NCBI GenBank assembly: GCA_965228735.1
Contig: OZ245838.1
Coordinates: 5,888,001-5,952,000 of the forward strand
Direction: 5' to 3'
Length of the DNA stretch: 64,000 bases
From: Planctomycetota bacterium
GTDB lineage: Bacteria > Planctomycetota > UBA1135 > UBA2386
The notes beneath the pieces were generated by a model that did no database searches, had not been told where the DNA came from, and saw nothing but the letters and a program-made list of their open reading frames with translations. Positions within the stretch are counted from its first letter, which is position 1, and each line of letters starts with the position of its first letter. The position numbers and the translations under genes are program-made. Shown here one piece after another: positions 46,226 through 55,586 of this stretch.

Positions 46226-47683
46226 ATGGACGATGTCCCGACGCCACCTCTCCGTCGCGGCCTGACGCTCACGCAGCGCCTCGCGCTGTCGCTGTTCGCC
46301 GGCGCGCTGTTCGTCGCGACCGTGCTCGGTTTCCTGAGCGCGTCGCGGGCGGAGCAGGAACGCAGCGCTCGCACCGCGGCGACGGAGCTCGAGCTCGCGG
46401 AGGCGGCTGCCGAACGGGCCGGACCGCTGCTCGAACGCGGCGATTCGATGCGACTCTCCGTCCTCGCGACGCTGCTGCGCGAACAGATCGATGGCCGCGT
46501 GCTCGTCCTCGATCGCGGCGGCCGCGTCGTGATCGATACGGCGCTCGCCTACGGTGATCGACGCCTCGGCCTGGTCGCAGCTTCCGGCGCGTTCCAGCGC
46601 ACGCTCGATCTCGAAAGCGCCGACGAGGCGGTCGAGCAACGCGAGTCACTCGTGCCGGTCCGCTATGGCGGCGACGTCATCGGCGAGCTGCGGGTGCAGC
46701 GCACCCTGCAGGCCGCGGCCTCCACGTTCGACCTGACCTGGTTCGCGCTCGTGCTGCTGAGCTGTCTGTCGCTCGTGATCGTCGCGGTCGTGATGGGCCA
46801 CCACTGGTCGTCGCGCGTGCGCTCCGCTACGGACTCCCTCATCCGTCTGTCGGCGGGCGAGTCCGGCGATGTCGAGACCGGCTCGGGCGAGGTCGAACTC
46901 CAGGACCTCGGCTACGCGCTGCGCGAGATGGAACGTGGCGTGCACGAGGGTCTGCAGCTCGTGACCGAGGGCTACGTTCGCATGGCGCAGCAGATCGTCA
47001 TCAACCTCGAACGCCACCGCCTCATCCCGCCGGGCCACGGCGCGCGCACCGAAGCGCTCGCCATGCGGATCGCGGATCGCGTGCAGATGCTCTCGGCGGA
47101 CCGCGAGGACCTCGCGCTGGCCTGTCGCCTCGTCGATCTCGGCAAGGGCTGGGTGCGTCCGGCGATCCTGCAGAAGGTCGGCGAACTCTCGCCGGAAGAG
47201 CTCACTTCGCTGCGCCAGCATCCGCTGCGCGCCGCGGAGGCGCTCGCCGCGTTCCCGCCGCTGCGGCGCGTCGCGACGATCCTGCGGCACCAGTCCGAAC
47301 GGTACAACGGCTCGGGTCTGCCCGAGGGCCAGCGCGGCGACCGCATCGCGCTGCCCGCGCGCATCCTCGCGATCGCGGCTGCGTTCGACCTGCTCACGAC
47401 CTGCTCGAGCGAGCGGCCGCTGGAATGGGAGGACGCGCTCGCCGAACTCGAGAAGGCGCGCGGCGAGGTGTTCGATCCGTGGCTGCTCGACATCTTCGCG
47501 GAGGAGATCCGCAAGGACCCGCCGGCCCACGTCGACGATCGGCCGGTCATGATCGTGCCCGGCGGCCTCGTGCCGTGGGACGACGGCGCGCCCGGCCACG
47601 GACGTGAGGACGAAGACGACGGCGACGAGATCGTCGTCGGCGACCTCGAGGTCCTCTCGGACGACGACGAGGATCGCCCATGA
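46226..47683 (+). CDS. Two-TM sensor/HAMP-like + degenerate HD-GYP domain protein
   Basis: Two TMs. VDLGK, HP, HQSERYNGSGLP, ARILAIAAAFD, FDP. Confidence 0.75.
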   Translation: MDDVPTPPLRRGLTLTQRLALSLFAGALFVATVLGFLSASRAEQERSARTAATELELAEAAAERAGPLLERGDSMRLSVLATLLREQIDGRVLVLDRGGRVVIDTALAYGDRRLGLVAASGAFQRTLDLESADEAVEQRESLVPVRYGGDVIGELRVQRTLQAAASTFDLTWFALVLLSCLSLVIVAVVMGHHWSSRVRSATDSLIRLSAGESGDVETGSGEVELQDLGYALREMERGVHEGLQLVTEGYVRMAQQIVINLERHRLIPPGHGARTEALAMRIADRVQMLSADREDLALACRLVDLGKGWVRPAILQKVGELSPEELTSLRQHPLRAAEALAAFPPLRRVATILRHQSERYNGSGLPEGQRGDRIALPARILAIAAAFDLLTTCSSERPLEWEDALAELEKARGEVFDPWLLDIFAEEIRKDPPAHVDDRPVMIVPGGLVPWDDGAPGHGREDEDDGDEIVVGDLEVLSDDDEDRP

Positions 47684-48822
47684 GTTCGGTGCGCTCCGCG
47701 GGCCTCGTGGCAGCTCTGTTCTTGCTGGGCTTCACCGCGTGCGTCGCGCCGCGCGACGCCTACGTCCGCGCCGAACGCGCGCTGCGGGCGCTCGATCTGC
47801 CGAGCGCGCTCGTCGCGTTCGACGAGGTGCCCGTGTCGCACCCGCGCTACCCGGAGGCGCGCGCCGCCGCGCTGTCCGTCGAACAACGCATGCGCCGGGG
47901 GCACGAGCTGTTGCTCGAGGCGCTGCTCCGGCGGGCCGAGTGGCGTGACCAGGAGGCGCTCGTTCTGCTGCAGCAGGCGCGGGTGCACTGGCCTCGCATG
48001 CCTGGCGTCGAGGAACTGATCGCGGCGACGTCCGCGCGCTCGCGAGTGCTCGTGGGCGAGGCGGCGCCGATCGCCGGCCGGCCCGTCGAGGCACCGGAGT
48101 TCGTGCCGGGCGTCCCAGCGGGCGAGTCGAACGCCCCGGGGCAGGCTGCCCTCGGAGTGGCATCACCGGACGAGAGCACGGCGGGGCCGGATGCCGGCCC
48201 GGACGGCGAGTCGCCGACCGAGGGCGGTAGCGGGGCCACGCCGGCGGACGGCAACGAGCCCGTTGCGGTCATCGAGACGGCGAGCGGTGACGAGCCCGCC
48301 GCCAGTGGGCCGACAACGACGCCGGGGCCGGAACCGGAACTGGCGACCGCCGGACCGGACGGAATCGGGAGCCCGAGCGACACCGGTAACGTCGACCGCA
48401 CCGCGTCGTTCGAAGGCGCGGGCACGAAGACGCCGGGCGGGAGTGTGCCCATCGCCGATTCCGGATCGGTGCCGACCGGCGTCGTGATCGGGCCGCAGCT
48501 GCCGCCGGCCGGCACGGTTGGCGAAGACCCCGTCGCGGCCGGTCTCGTCGCGGTCGAGTCGCGGCTCGGGCGCGGTGACCTCGAAGCCGCGGTCGCCGAT
48601 CTGATTCAACTCGCCGAACGCCATCCGCACGACGCGCGGGTGCGCATCCGCCTGGCCAAGGTGCTCCACCAGCGCGCGCTGCAGCGCTACGGGCAAGGTC
48701 GGCTGCAATCCGCGATCGCCGATTGGGAACGCGTCGTCGGGCTCGACCCGGCCAACGAGATCGCGCAGAGCCAGTTGGTGACCGCGCGCGGCGAACGTCG
48801 GGCGCTGCCGCCAAAGCGCTGA
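47680..48822 (+). CDS. TPR lipoprotein with central disordered region
   Basis: Lipobox FTA|C. C-terminal TPR (AIADWERVVGLDPAN). P/G/T/E-rich linker. ATGA overlap with the upstream gene. Confidence 0.7.
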   Translation: MSSVRSAGLVAALFLLGFTACVAPRDAYVRAERALRALDLPSALVAFDEVPVSHPRYPEARAAALSVEQRMRRGHELLLEALLRRAEWRDQEALVLLQQARVHWPRMPGVEELIAATSARSRVLVGEAAPIAGRPVEAPEFVPGVPAGESNAPGQAALGVASPDESTAGPDAGPDGESPTEGGSGATPADGNEPVAVIETASGDEPAASGPTTTPGPEPELATAGPDGIGSPSDTGNVDRTASFEGAGTKTPGGSVPIADSGSVPTGVVIGPQLPPAGTVGEDPVAAGLVAVESRLGRGDLEAAVADLIQLAERHPHDARVRIRLAKVLHQRALQRYGQGRLQSAIADWERVVGLDPANEIAQSQLVTARGERRALPPKR

Positions 48823-48914
48823 TTCGTCAGCGGGAGCCGCGGTGGCCGACTGCGGGTGCCCGTCGCGTCACGGGCGGGAGAAAGAAAGCCGGGGGTGAAA
48901 CTTCGGGAAAAGGG

Positions 48915-49068
48915 GAAGAAGGAGAGTCAAGTTTTTACGTCCGTCGCGGACAACCCCCGGCGGGTGTATGGGTCGCGTCGCGGCAACACAGGCGTGACGC
49001 CAGGCGACGCGAGATCTCTCTCGTATGTCTAGGTCCTCGGGCTCGCGAAGGAACCCTAACTCCTGAAT
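48915..49068 (-). ncRNA. Candidate 6S RNA (long hairpin with central bubble)
   Basis: Minus strand: closing stem GAGUUAGG/CUUGACUC (with G-U pairs), UCGCG/CGCGA, inner stem UCGCGUCGC/GCGACGCGA. Bubble strands GACCUAGACAUACGAGAGAG and CCCAUACACCCGCC. Confidence 0.4.
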
Positions 49069-49095
49069 TCAGGGTAGCTCGGATCCGACGGGTGG

Positions 49096-51099
49096 TCAAC
49101 ACTTCGACGCCGACGTAAGCGCAAGCCAGCAACCACTCTCCGTCACCGAGGCGAGAAAGCCCCGCGGAATCCGGGTCGTTGCCGTCGGCTCTTCGATGAT
49201 CGCCGGGCCGGGAACCCGCGCCCCGATCGGCAGTTCATCGCGCGCGAGGATGCGGAGCGCCGGCCCGCCGATCGGTGGCCGGCGCTCCGTTCCGCCCCGG
49301 ACGGTCCGCGCAGCGCGCGTCGTCTTTTCGTTCGAGCCAGCGCGCGCGATACGCCGCGCCGGCAATTCGCCGCGCGCGGTGACGCGCACGATCTCGAGCG
49401 GCGCGTCGACGGCGAATCCGAAGCGGCGTTCGTGCTCGCGCGCGAACCGTCGAGTCAGGTCCCCGCGGAGCGGCAGCGCGATGCCGCCGCCCTGGCCGCG
49501 ATAGCGCACGGTCACCACGACGCGCACCCGCGCGCGTTTGCCGCCGTCGGTGTCACGGTCGAGTTCGGCGCGCACGGCGTTCGTGAGCTCGGTCGCGAGG
49601 TGACGCAGCGTCCGCTGATCGGTGGGGCTCGAACCGAGGCGCACGGCGCGGGCGTGTTCGACCGATTCGCCGGCGAGCGCGAGCCCGACGGCCGACAGCG
49701 CCCCGGGGTTCGGCGGCACGAGTGCGCCCGGCAGACCGAGTCGCTGGACGAGGCCCGCGGCGTGCAGGGCGCCGGCGCCGCCGTATGGCACGAGCGGGAC
49801 GTGCGCCGGGTCGACCGCGCGCTCTGCCGTGATCACGAGAATGGCGCGCGCCATCGCGATGTCGGCGACCTCGAGGATGCCCTCGGCCGTGCGCGCCGTC
49901 GTCAGGCCGAGCTCGCGTCCGAGCCGTTCGATCGCGGCAACCGCGGCGTCGACGTCGATCGGGAACGCGCCGCCGAGCAGCGTGCCGGCGCCGAGATGAC
50001 CGAGCGCGACGTGGGCGTCGGTGACGGTGGGCAACTCGCCCTTGCCGTAGCACGCGGGCCCCGGGTCGGCGCCCGCGCTCTGTGGTCCGACGCGCAGCGC
50101 GCCGCCGGCGTCCGCGTACGCGATGCTGCCGCCGCCGCAGCCGACGGTGTGCACCGGGACCGAGGGCACGGGCAGCGGCAGGCCCGCGATCGTCGCCGCG
50201 TCGCCGTCCGCGGCCATCGGCTCGTCGCCGGACACGAGGCAGACGTCGGCCGACGTGCCGCCCATGTCGAATGCCGCAGCGCGGTCGTAGCCGACCTCGC
50301 GCGCCAGCTGGGCTGTCGCGAGCACGCCGCCGGCCGGGCCGGAGAACATCGCGCGCGTCGGGAACGCGGTCGCCTCGGTCGTCGGCATGATGCCGAGGCT
50401 GCTGCGCAGCAAGCGCAATCGCCCGTTGCCGACGCCGTTCGCCAACCGCGCCGTGTAGGACGACACGACGGGCGTGATCGCGGCGTTGAGGATCGCGGCG
50501 CAGAAGCGTTCGTACTCGCCGAACGCGGGCAGCAGTTCGGCGCTGCAGGTCACGGTCACACCCGGCAGCGCGCGGCGCAGGGCCCGCTCGATGCGGTGTT
50601 CGTCGCGCGGATCGGTGGGGGAGTGCAGCAGCCCGACCGCGATCGCGGCCGGTCGCAGCCTGGCGACGCGCGCGACGCAACGTTCGAGTTCGGCCGTGGT
50701 CAACGGCGTGCTCGCGCGGCCGTCGGGTTCGCGGCGGCAGTCGACACCGACGCGCAGGCGACGCGCCACCGGCGGCACGGCGCGGTGCGGCGCGAGCGCG
50801 TAGATGTCGTCGCGGTCCTGGCGGCCGATCTCGATCAGGTCCTCGAAGCCGCGATTCGTGACGAACACCGTTCTGGCCGAACGACCCATGAGCAGCGCGT
50901 TGAGGCCGACGGTCGTGCCGTGGATGACGTCGACCTCCTCGCTCGGGCTCCGGCGCACGGCGGCGAGACCGTCGAGCACGGCGCGGGCCGGGTCGTCGGG
51001 CGTCGACGGCAGCTTGTGGACGGCCAGGCCGCGGGGCGACCAACGCACGACGTCCGTGAACGTGCCGCCCGTGTCGATGCCGATGCGAATTGCGCCCAC
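49096..51099 (-). CDS. Hydantoinase A / 5-oxoprolinase family subunit
   Basis: GIDTGGTFTD, HGTTVGLNAL, SGPAGG, DMGGTSADV, GGGSIA, GP.SAGADPGPACYG. Confidence 0.9.
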   Translation of the reverse strand: MGAIRIGIDTGGTFTDVVRWSPRGLAVHKLPSTPDDPARAVLDGLAAVRRSPSEEVDVIHGTTVGLNALLMGRSARTVFVTNRGFEDLIEIGRQDRDDIYALAPHRAVPPVARRLRVGVDCRREPDGRASTPLTTAELERCVARVARLRPAAIAVGLLHSPTDPRDEHRIERALRRALPGVTVTCSAELLPAFGEYERFCAAILNAAITPVVSSYTARLANGVGNGRLRLLRSSLGIMPTTEATAFPTRAMFSGPAGGVLATAQLAREVGYDRAAAFDMGGTSADVCLVSGDEPMAADGDAATIAGLPLPVPSVPVHTVGCGGGSIAYADAGGALRVGPQSAGADPGPACYGKGELPTVTDAHVALGHLGAGTLLGGAFPIDVDAAVAAIERLGRELGLTTARTAEGILEVADIAMARAILVITAERAVDPAHVPLVPYGGAGALHAAGLVQRLGLPGALVPPNPGALSAVGLALAGESVEHARAVRLGSSPTDQRTLRHLATELTNAVRAELDRDTDGGKRARVRVVVTVRYRGQGGGIALPLRGDLTRRFAREHERRFGFAVDAPLEIVRVTARGELPARRIARAGSNEKTTRAARTVRGGTERRPPIGGPALRILARDELPIGARVPGPAIIEEPTATTRIPRGFLASVTESGCWLALTSASKC

Positions 51100-51160
51100 G
51101 GCGCGCAGGGTAGCCGGGCGCAGGGTAGCGGCAAACCGCGCAGCCGGTAACGTTCCGCGA

Positions 51161-51790
51161 ATGTCCCTCGGTATCGCCATCGTCCTCGCGTTCCTCCTCG
51201 GGGGCGTGCCGTGGGCGCTGGTGCTCGTGCGGGTGCTGAAGGGCGTCGACGTGCGGGACGTCGGCAGCGGCAACGTCGGGGCGACCAACGCGAGCCGCGC
51301 GTTCGCGAGCAAGGGCACGCGGGTCGCCGCGTTCGTGGCGATCTACCTGCTCGATGCGGCGAAGGGCTTCGTGCCCGCGATGTTCGGACCCGGGTTCGTG
51401 CCGGACCGGCCGGCGTTGCTCACGGGCGTGCTGCTCGGGGCCGCGGCGGTGCTCGGGCACGTCTTCACGCCGTTCCTGCGCTTCAAGGGCGGCAAGGGCG
51501 TCGCGACCGCGACCGGCGCGCTGTTCGCGCTCGACTGGGTCGCGACCGCGATCGCGATCGGTGTGTTCTTCGTCGTGCGGTTGGTCACCGGGCAGGTGTT
51601 CATCGGCAGCCTGGCGCTCGGCGTCGCGCTCGCCGCGGCGGCGATCCTGCTGCACCTCGACACGGCGTTCTCGGCGCGCCTGCCGGTCACGGTGCTGTGC
51701 TGCGTGCTCGGCGCGCTGCTGTTCTGGACGCATCGCAGCAACATCGCGCGGCACTTCGCTGGCTCGCCCTCCGAGGACTCCACGGCATGA
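51161..51790 (+). CDS. plsY: Glycerol-3-phosphate acyltransferase
   Basis: GSGNVGATN, DAAKG, GH..PFLRFKGGKGVAT, HRSNI. Confidence 0.93.
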   Translation: MSLGIAIVLAFLLGGVPWALVLVRVLKGVDVRDVGSGNVGATNASRAFASKGTRVAAFVAIYLLDAAKGFVPAMFGPGFVPDRPALLTGVLLGAAAVLGHVFTPFLRFKGGKGVATATGALFALDWVATAIAIGVFFVVRLVTGQVFIGSLALGVALAAAAILLHLDTAFSARLPVTVLCCVLGALLFWTHRSNIARHFAGSPSEDSTA

Positions 51791-52821
51791 AGATCGCGAT
51801 CCTCGGCAACGGCGGGTTCGGCACCGCGATGGCGCTCGTGCACCAGCAGGCCGGGCACGCGGTCGCGTTGTGGGGGCACGATGCCGAGTACACGGCGCAG
51901 ATCGCGAGCACGCGGCAGAACCCGCGCTACCTCGACGGTGTCGAGCTGCCGGCCGCGATCGCGGTCGACAGTGACCCGGAGGCCGTGCTGCCGGGCGCCG
52001 ACATCGTGCTCGTCGCGGTTCCGACGCAGCACGTTCGCGACACGCTGTCCACCCTCGCGCCGCACGTCGCCGCCGATGTGCCCGTCGTCTCGCTCGCCAA
52101 GGGGCTCGAGCAGTCGACTGGGCAACGGCCTTCCGAAGTGCTCACCGAGGTCCTCGACCACCCTGCCCGCATCTTCGCCCTCAGCGGTCCGAGTCACGCG
52201 GAGGAGGTCGCGCACGGTGTGCCGACGACGGTCGTCGTCGCGGGCAGCGACGAGTCACGCCTCTGCGAACTGCAGGATGCGCTGTCGGCGCCGACGTTCC
52301 GCGTCTATCGCAACGACGATCTGCTCGGGATCGAGGTCTGCGGCGCGCTCAAGAACGTGATGGCGCTCGCGGCCGGCATGGCCGACGGCCTCGGCTACGG
52401 CGACAACAGCAAGGGAGCGATCCTCGCGCGCGGCATCGTCGAGATGGCGCGCTACGGCCAGGCGATCGGCGCCAAGGAGTCGACGTTCTACGGCCTCGCG
52501 GGCGTCGGCGACCTCGCGGTCACCGCGTTCTCGCGCCACGGCCGCAACCGCGCGTTCGGGGAGCGCATCGGCCGCGGCGAGACCCTGCAGGAAGCGCTCG
52601 ATGCGTCGCCGAAGGTGGCCGAAGGCGTGTGGACCTCGCGCGTCGTCAACGCGAGCGTCGAACGCATCGGCGTCGAGATGCCGATCGCCACCGCGGTCGC
52701 GCGCATCCTCTTCGAGGGCCTGTCGCCGACCGACGCCGTCTCCGCCCTGATGGAACGCGACCCCAAGTCCGAAGGCGGTGGCGCCGTGGGGTCCGAACCC
52801 CCTGGATCTGGCGGCCGATGA
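51787..52821 (+). CDS. gpsA: NAD(P)H-dependent glycerol-3-phosphate dehydrogenase
   Basis: GNGGFGTA, AKGLE, SGPSHAEE, GALKNV, GVGDL, SRHGRNR. Confidence 0.93.
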   Translation: MKIAILGNGGFGTAMALVHQQAGHAVALWGHDAEYTAQIASTRQNPRYLDGVELPAAIAVDSDPEAVLPGADIVLVAVPTQHVRDTLSTLAPHVAADVPVVSLAKGLEQSTGQRPSEVLTEVLDHPARIFALSGPSHAEEVAHGVPTTVVVAGSDESRLCELQDALSAPTFRVYRNDDLLGIEVCGALKNVMALAAGMADGLGYGDNSKGAILARGIVEMARYGQAIGAKESTFYGLAGVGDLAVTAFSRHGRNRAFGERIGRGETLQEALDASPKVAEGVWTSRVVNASVERIGVEMPIATAVARILFEGLSPTDAVSALMERDPKSEGGGAVGSEPPGSGGR

Positions 52822-52838
52822 CGCAGCTGGACTGAGCC

Positions 52839-54218
52839 GTGGTCTTCGCGTCGTTCGTCTTCCTGTTCTGGTTCGTCCCGGCGTTCTTCACGGTCTACTA
52901 CGCGGCGCCGGCACGCGCGCGCAACGTCCTGCTCACGGCCGCGAGCTTCGTGTTCTACGGCTGGTGGCGGCCGCACTACGTGCTGCTGATGCTGGCCAGC
53001 ACGGTGATCGACTACACCGCGGCACGCATGATGGGCGGCATCGAGGATCGGCGCCGGCGCCGGTCGTGGCTCGCGCTGTCGATCGTCAGCAACCTCGGTC
53101 TGCTCGCGTGGTTCAAGTACGCCAACCTCGTCGTCGACACGTGGGCGGACCTCACGGGTGCGCCCCTGCCGTGGGAAGAGGTGCTGCTGCCGATCGGCAT
53201 CTCGTTTTTCACGTTCCAGTCGATGAGCTACACGATCGACGTGTATCGCGGCGAGGTGAAGCCGGTGCGGTCGTTCCTCGATCTGCTGTGCTACGTATCG
53301 ATGTTCCCGCAGCTCGTCGCGGGACCGATCGTGCGCTACCGCGACATCGCGGCGTCGCTCGCGCGGCGGACCGTCGACTTCGTCAAGGTCAGTGACGGCG
53401 TCTTCCTGTTCGCGATCGGCTTCAGCAAGAAGGTGCTGATCGCGGATCGGGTCGCGCCGCTCGCCGACGCCGTGTTCGACGGCAGCGCGCCGGGGCTGCT
53501 CGCAGCCTGGGCCGGCGCGCTCGCGTACACGGTCCAGATCTACTTCGACTTCTCGGGCTACAGCGACATGGCGATCGGGCTCGGGCTGTTGCTCGGCTTC
53601 CGCTTCCCGAGCAACTTCCTGTCGCCGTATCGCAGTCACAGCATCACCGAGTTCTGGCGGCGCTGGCACGTGAGCCTGTCGACGTGGCTGCGCGACTACC
53701 TCTACGTGCCGCTCGGCGGCAACCGCAAGGGGGCTGCGCGGACCTACGTCAATCTCGCGCTGACGATGCTGCTCGGCGGTCTGTGGCATGGCGCGGCCTG
53801 GACGTTCGTGCTCTGGGGCGCGTGGCAGGGCCTGTTCCTGATCCTCGAGCGCGCGCTCGGGAAGAGCTCGCCATATGCGTTCCTGCCGCGCGGGCTGCAG
53901 GTCCTGTGCACGTTCGTCGTCGTCGTCCTCGGGTGGGTGATCTTCCGCGCGGATGGCCTCGGAGAGCTCGCGGGCATGTGGTCCGGGATGATCGGCGCGC
54001 ACGGTTTCGGCGCGCTGCCGGCCCTCGGGCAGACCGGCGACGTCGCGCTCGCGATGGGCGGTGTCGGGCTGCTCGTCGCGTTCGCGCTGCCGCGCAGCGA
54101 GGTGCTCGTCCAGCGCTTCCACCCGCTCGTCATGGTGTCGGCGTTCGGTTGCTTCCTGCTCGCGGTCTGTCAGCTGCTCGCGACGGACCACGTGCCGTTC
54201 CTCTACTTCCGGTTCTGA
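52839..54218 (+). CDS. MBOAT O-acyltransferase (AlgI/PatA-like)
   Basis: LPIGISFFTFQ, FPQLVAGPI, DFSGYSDMA, FWRRWHVSL, GLWHGA. Confidence 0.92.
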   Translation: MVFASFVFLFWFVPAFFTVYYAAPARARNVLLTAASFVFYGWWRPHYVLLMLASTVIDYTAARMMGGIEDRRRRRSWLALSIVSNLGLLAWFKYANLVVDTWADLTGAPLPWEEVLLPIGISFFTFQSMSYTIDVYRGEVKPVRSFLDLLCYVSMFPQLVAGPIVRYRDIAASLARRTVDFVKVSDGVFLFAIGFSKKVLIADRVAPLADAVFDGSAPGLLAAWAGALAYTVQIYFDFSGYSDMAIGLGLLLGFRFPSNFLSPYRSHSITEFWRRWHVSLSTWLRDYLYVPLGGNRKGAARTYVNLALTMLLGGLWHGAAWTFVLWGAWQGLFLILERALGKSSPYAFLPRGLQVLCTFVVVVLGWVIFRADGLGELAGMWSGMIGAHGFGALPALGQTGDVALAMGGVGLLVAFALPRSEVLVQRFHPLVMVSAFGCFLLAVCQLLATDHVPFLYFRF

Positions 54219-54220
54219 CG

Positions 54221-55468
54221 ATGACCGACGCAACGAACGAGCCGACCTCACGTCGACCGTCCCCGGAGAAGGCGACCCCGGATCAGCAGACTCCGGCCCA
54301 GTGGGCCGTGCGCTGGCACGGCGTCGTGCTCGCCGCGTTGCTCGTCGCGTCGGTGCCGGCGTGGCATCTGACCTGGCACACGGCCCTCGGCAACGACGAG
54401 CCGGCGATCCTCACCCGCAGCCAGGTGGATCGGCCGGCGTTCACGGTCGAAGGGGCGCTTGCCGGCACGTGGATGACGGCGCTCGAGCAGCATCTGCGCG
54501 AGGCGTCACCCGTGGTCTGGCGGCTGCGCGGGACCTGGAACGAAGCGCTGTATCGCTGCGGGATCGTGCAGAGCGCGAAGGTCGTTGGCGGTTCGGACGG
54601 ATGGCTGTTCGACCGCGGCACCGTGACGGCCGACGTCGCTTGGTTCGAAGCGCAGGGTGAGCGTCGACGCGCGTTCTTCCGGCGATTGCGCGATGCCGTG
54701 CGCGCGGCCGGCGCGGAGCTCGTCGTCAGCGTCGTTCCGGACAAGTGTCGCGTGCATCCGGAGCGCGCGTTTCCGGGCGGCCGGTTGCCGGCGACGAAGG
54801 CGCCGATCTACGAGATGGCGCTCGCCGAGTTGCGCGAGCTCGGGATCCCGGCAAGTGACGCGCTCCTCGTGATGGCGGCGATGCGCGCCGCGGCGCCGAA
54901 CGACGAGCTCTACTTCGCCCGGGACACGCACTGGCGCCCTCGCGGCGCCCTCGCGGCGGCGCAGGCGGTCGCGCAGACGATCGCCGGTCTCCCGGGGCTT
55001 GGCGAACTGTCGCCGCCGCGGGCGACCGAGCTCGCCGGCAGCAACACGTTCCGTGCCGTCGGTGATCTCGCGGTGAACCTCGGTCTGTTGACGGTCGGCG
55101 AGCGCGTTGGCGAACGGCTGCGGTCGGCGCCGGCGAGTGTGCTCACGGCGACGCTCGCCGAGGAGCGCGCCCGCTACGTCGTTTCGATGCAGGAGGACGG
55201 CGCGACGGTTCCCGTCCTCACGGACGATCCGGCGACCGAGGTCGTGCTCGTCGGCACGAGCTTCAGCGACGAGAACGGGGCCGAGGCGCTCGCGCTCGCC
55301 CTGCGGCGGCCGGTGCGCACCGTCATCGAGTTCGGCGCCGACGGCCTCGCCGGGCTGCGCGAGATCGCGGCCGAGCTCCGTGCCGGCACCGGCGCGCGGA
55401 TCATCGTCTGGGAGGTCGTCGAGCGCGGCCTCATGCACGATCGCTGGGACACGGTCCGGCTCGAGTGA
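54221..55468 (+). CDS. AlgJ/AlgX-family O-acetyltransferase
   Basis: N-terminal TM, G.DGWLF, VVPDK, YFARDTHW (DxH), VGTSFS. Confidence 0.8.
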   Translation: MTDATNEPTSRRPSPEKATPDQQTPAQWAVRWHGVVLAALLVASVPAWHLTWHTALGNDEPAILTRSQVDRPAFTVEGALAGTWMTALEQHLREASPVVWRLRGTWNEALYRCGIVQSAKVVGGSDGWLFDRGTVTADVAWFEAQGERRRAFFRRLRDAVRAAGAELVVSVVPDKCRVHPERAFPGGRLPATKAPIYEMALAELRELGIPASDALLVMAAMRAAAPNDELYFARDTHWRPRGALAAAQAVAQTIAGLPGLGELSPPRATELAGSNTFRAVGDLAVNLGLLTVGERVGERLRSAPASVLTATLAEERARYVVSMQEDGATVPVLTDDPATEVVLVGTSFSDENGAEALALALRRPVRTVIEFGADGLAGLREIAAELRAGTGARIIVWEVVERGLMHDRWDTVRLE

Positions 55469-55495
55469 GCGGCGCGGCCGCCGGCATGGCGAAGG

Positions 55496-55584
55496 CGTAG
55501 CGACGATCGGGCCGATGGGGCACGATCGGCGCAGCCCCGTGGCGGAGACGTAGCGACGATCGGGCCGATGGGGCACGATCGGCG
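55496..55584. repeat. Two identical 36-bp GTAG-led REP-like units
   Basis: CGTAGCGACGATCGGGCCGATGGGGCACGATCGGCG at 55496-55531 and 55549-55584. Confidence 0.8.
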
Positions 55585-55586
55585 GG

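Noticed and set aside
48927..48936. Minus-strand -35 element (AAAAACTTGACT)
   Set aside because: No credible -10 at 17 nt and no downstream minus-strand gene; the bases fit the closing stem of the RNA candidate.
55496..55584. Mini-CRISPR (36-bp repeats)
   Set aside because: Only two units with a 17-bp spacer, no leader and no cas genes; a REP-like hairpin fits better.
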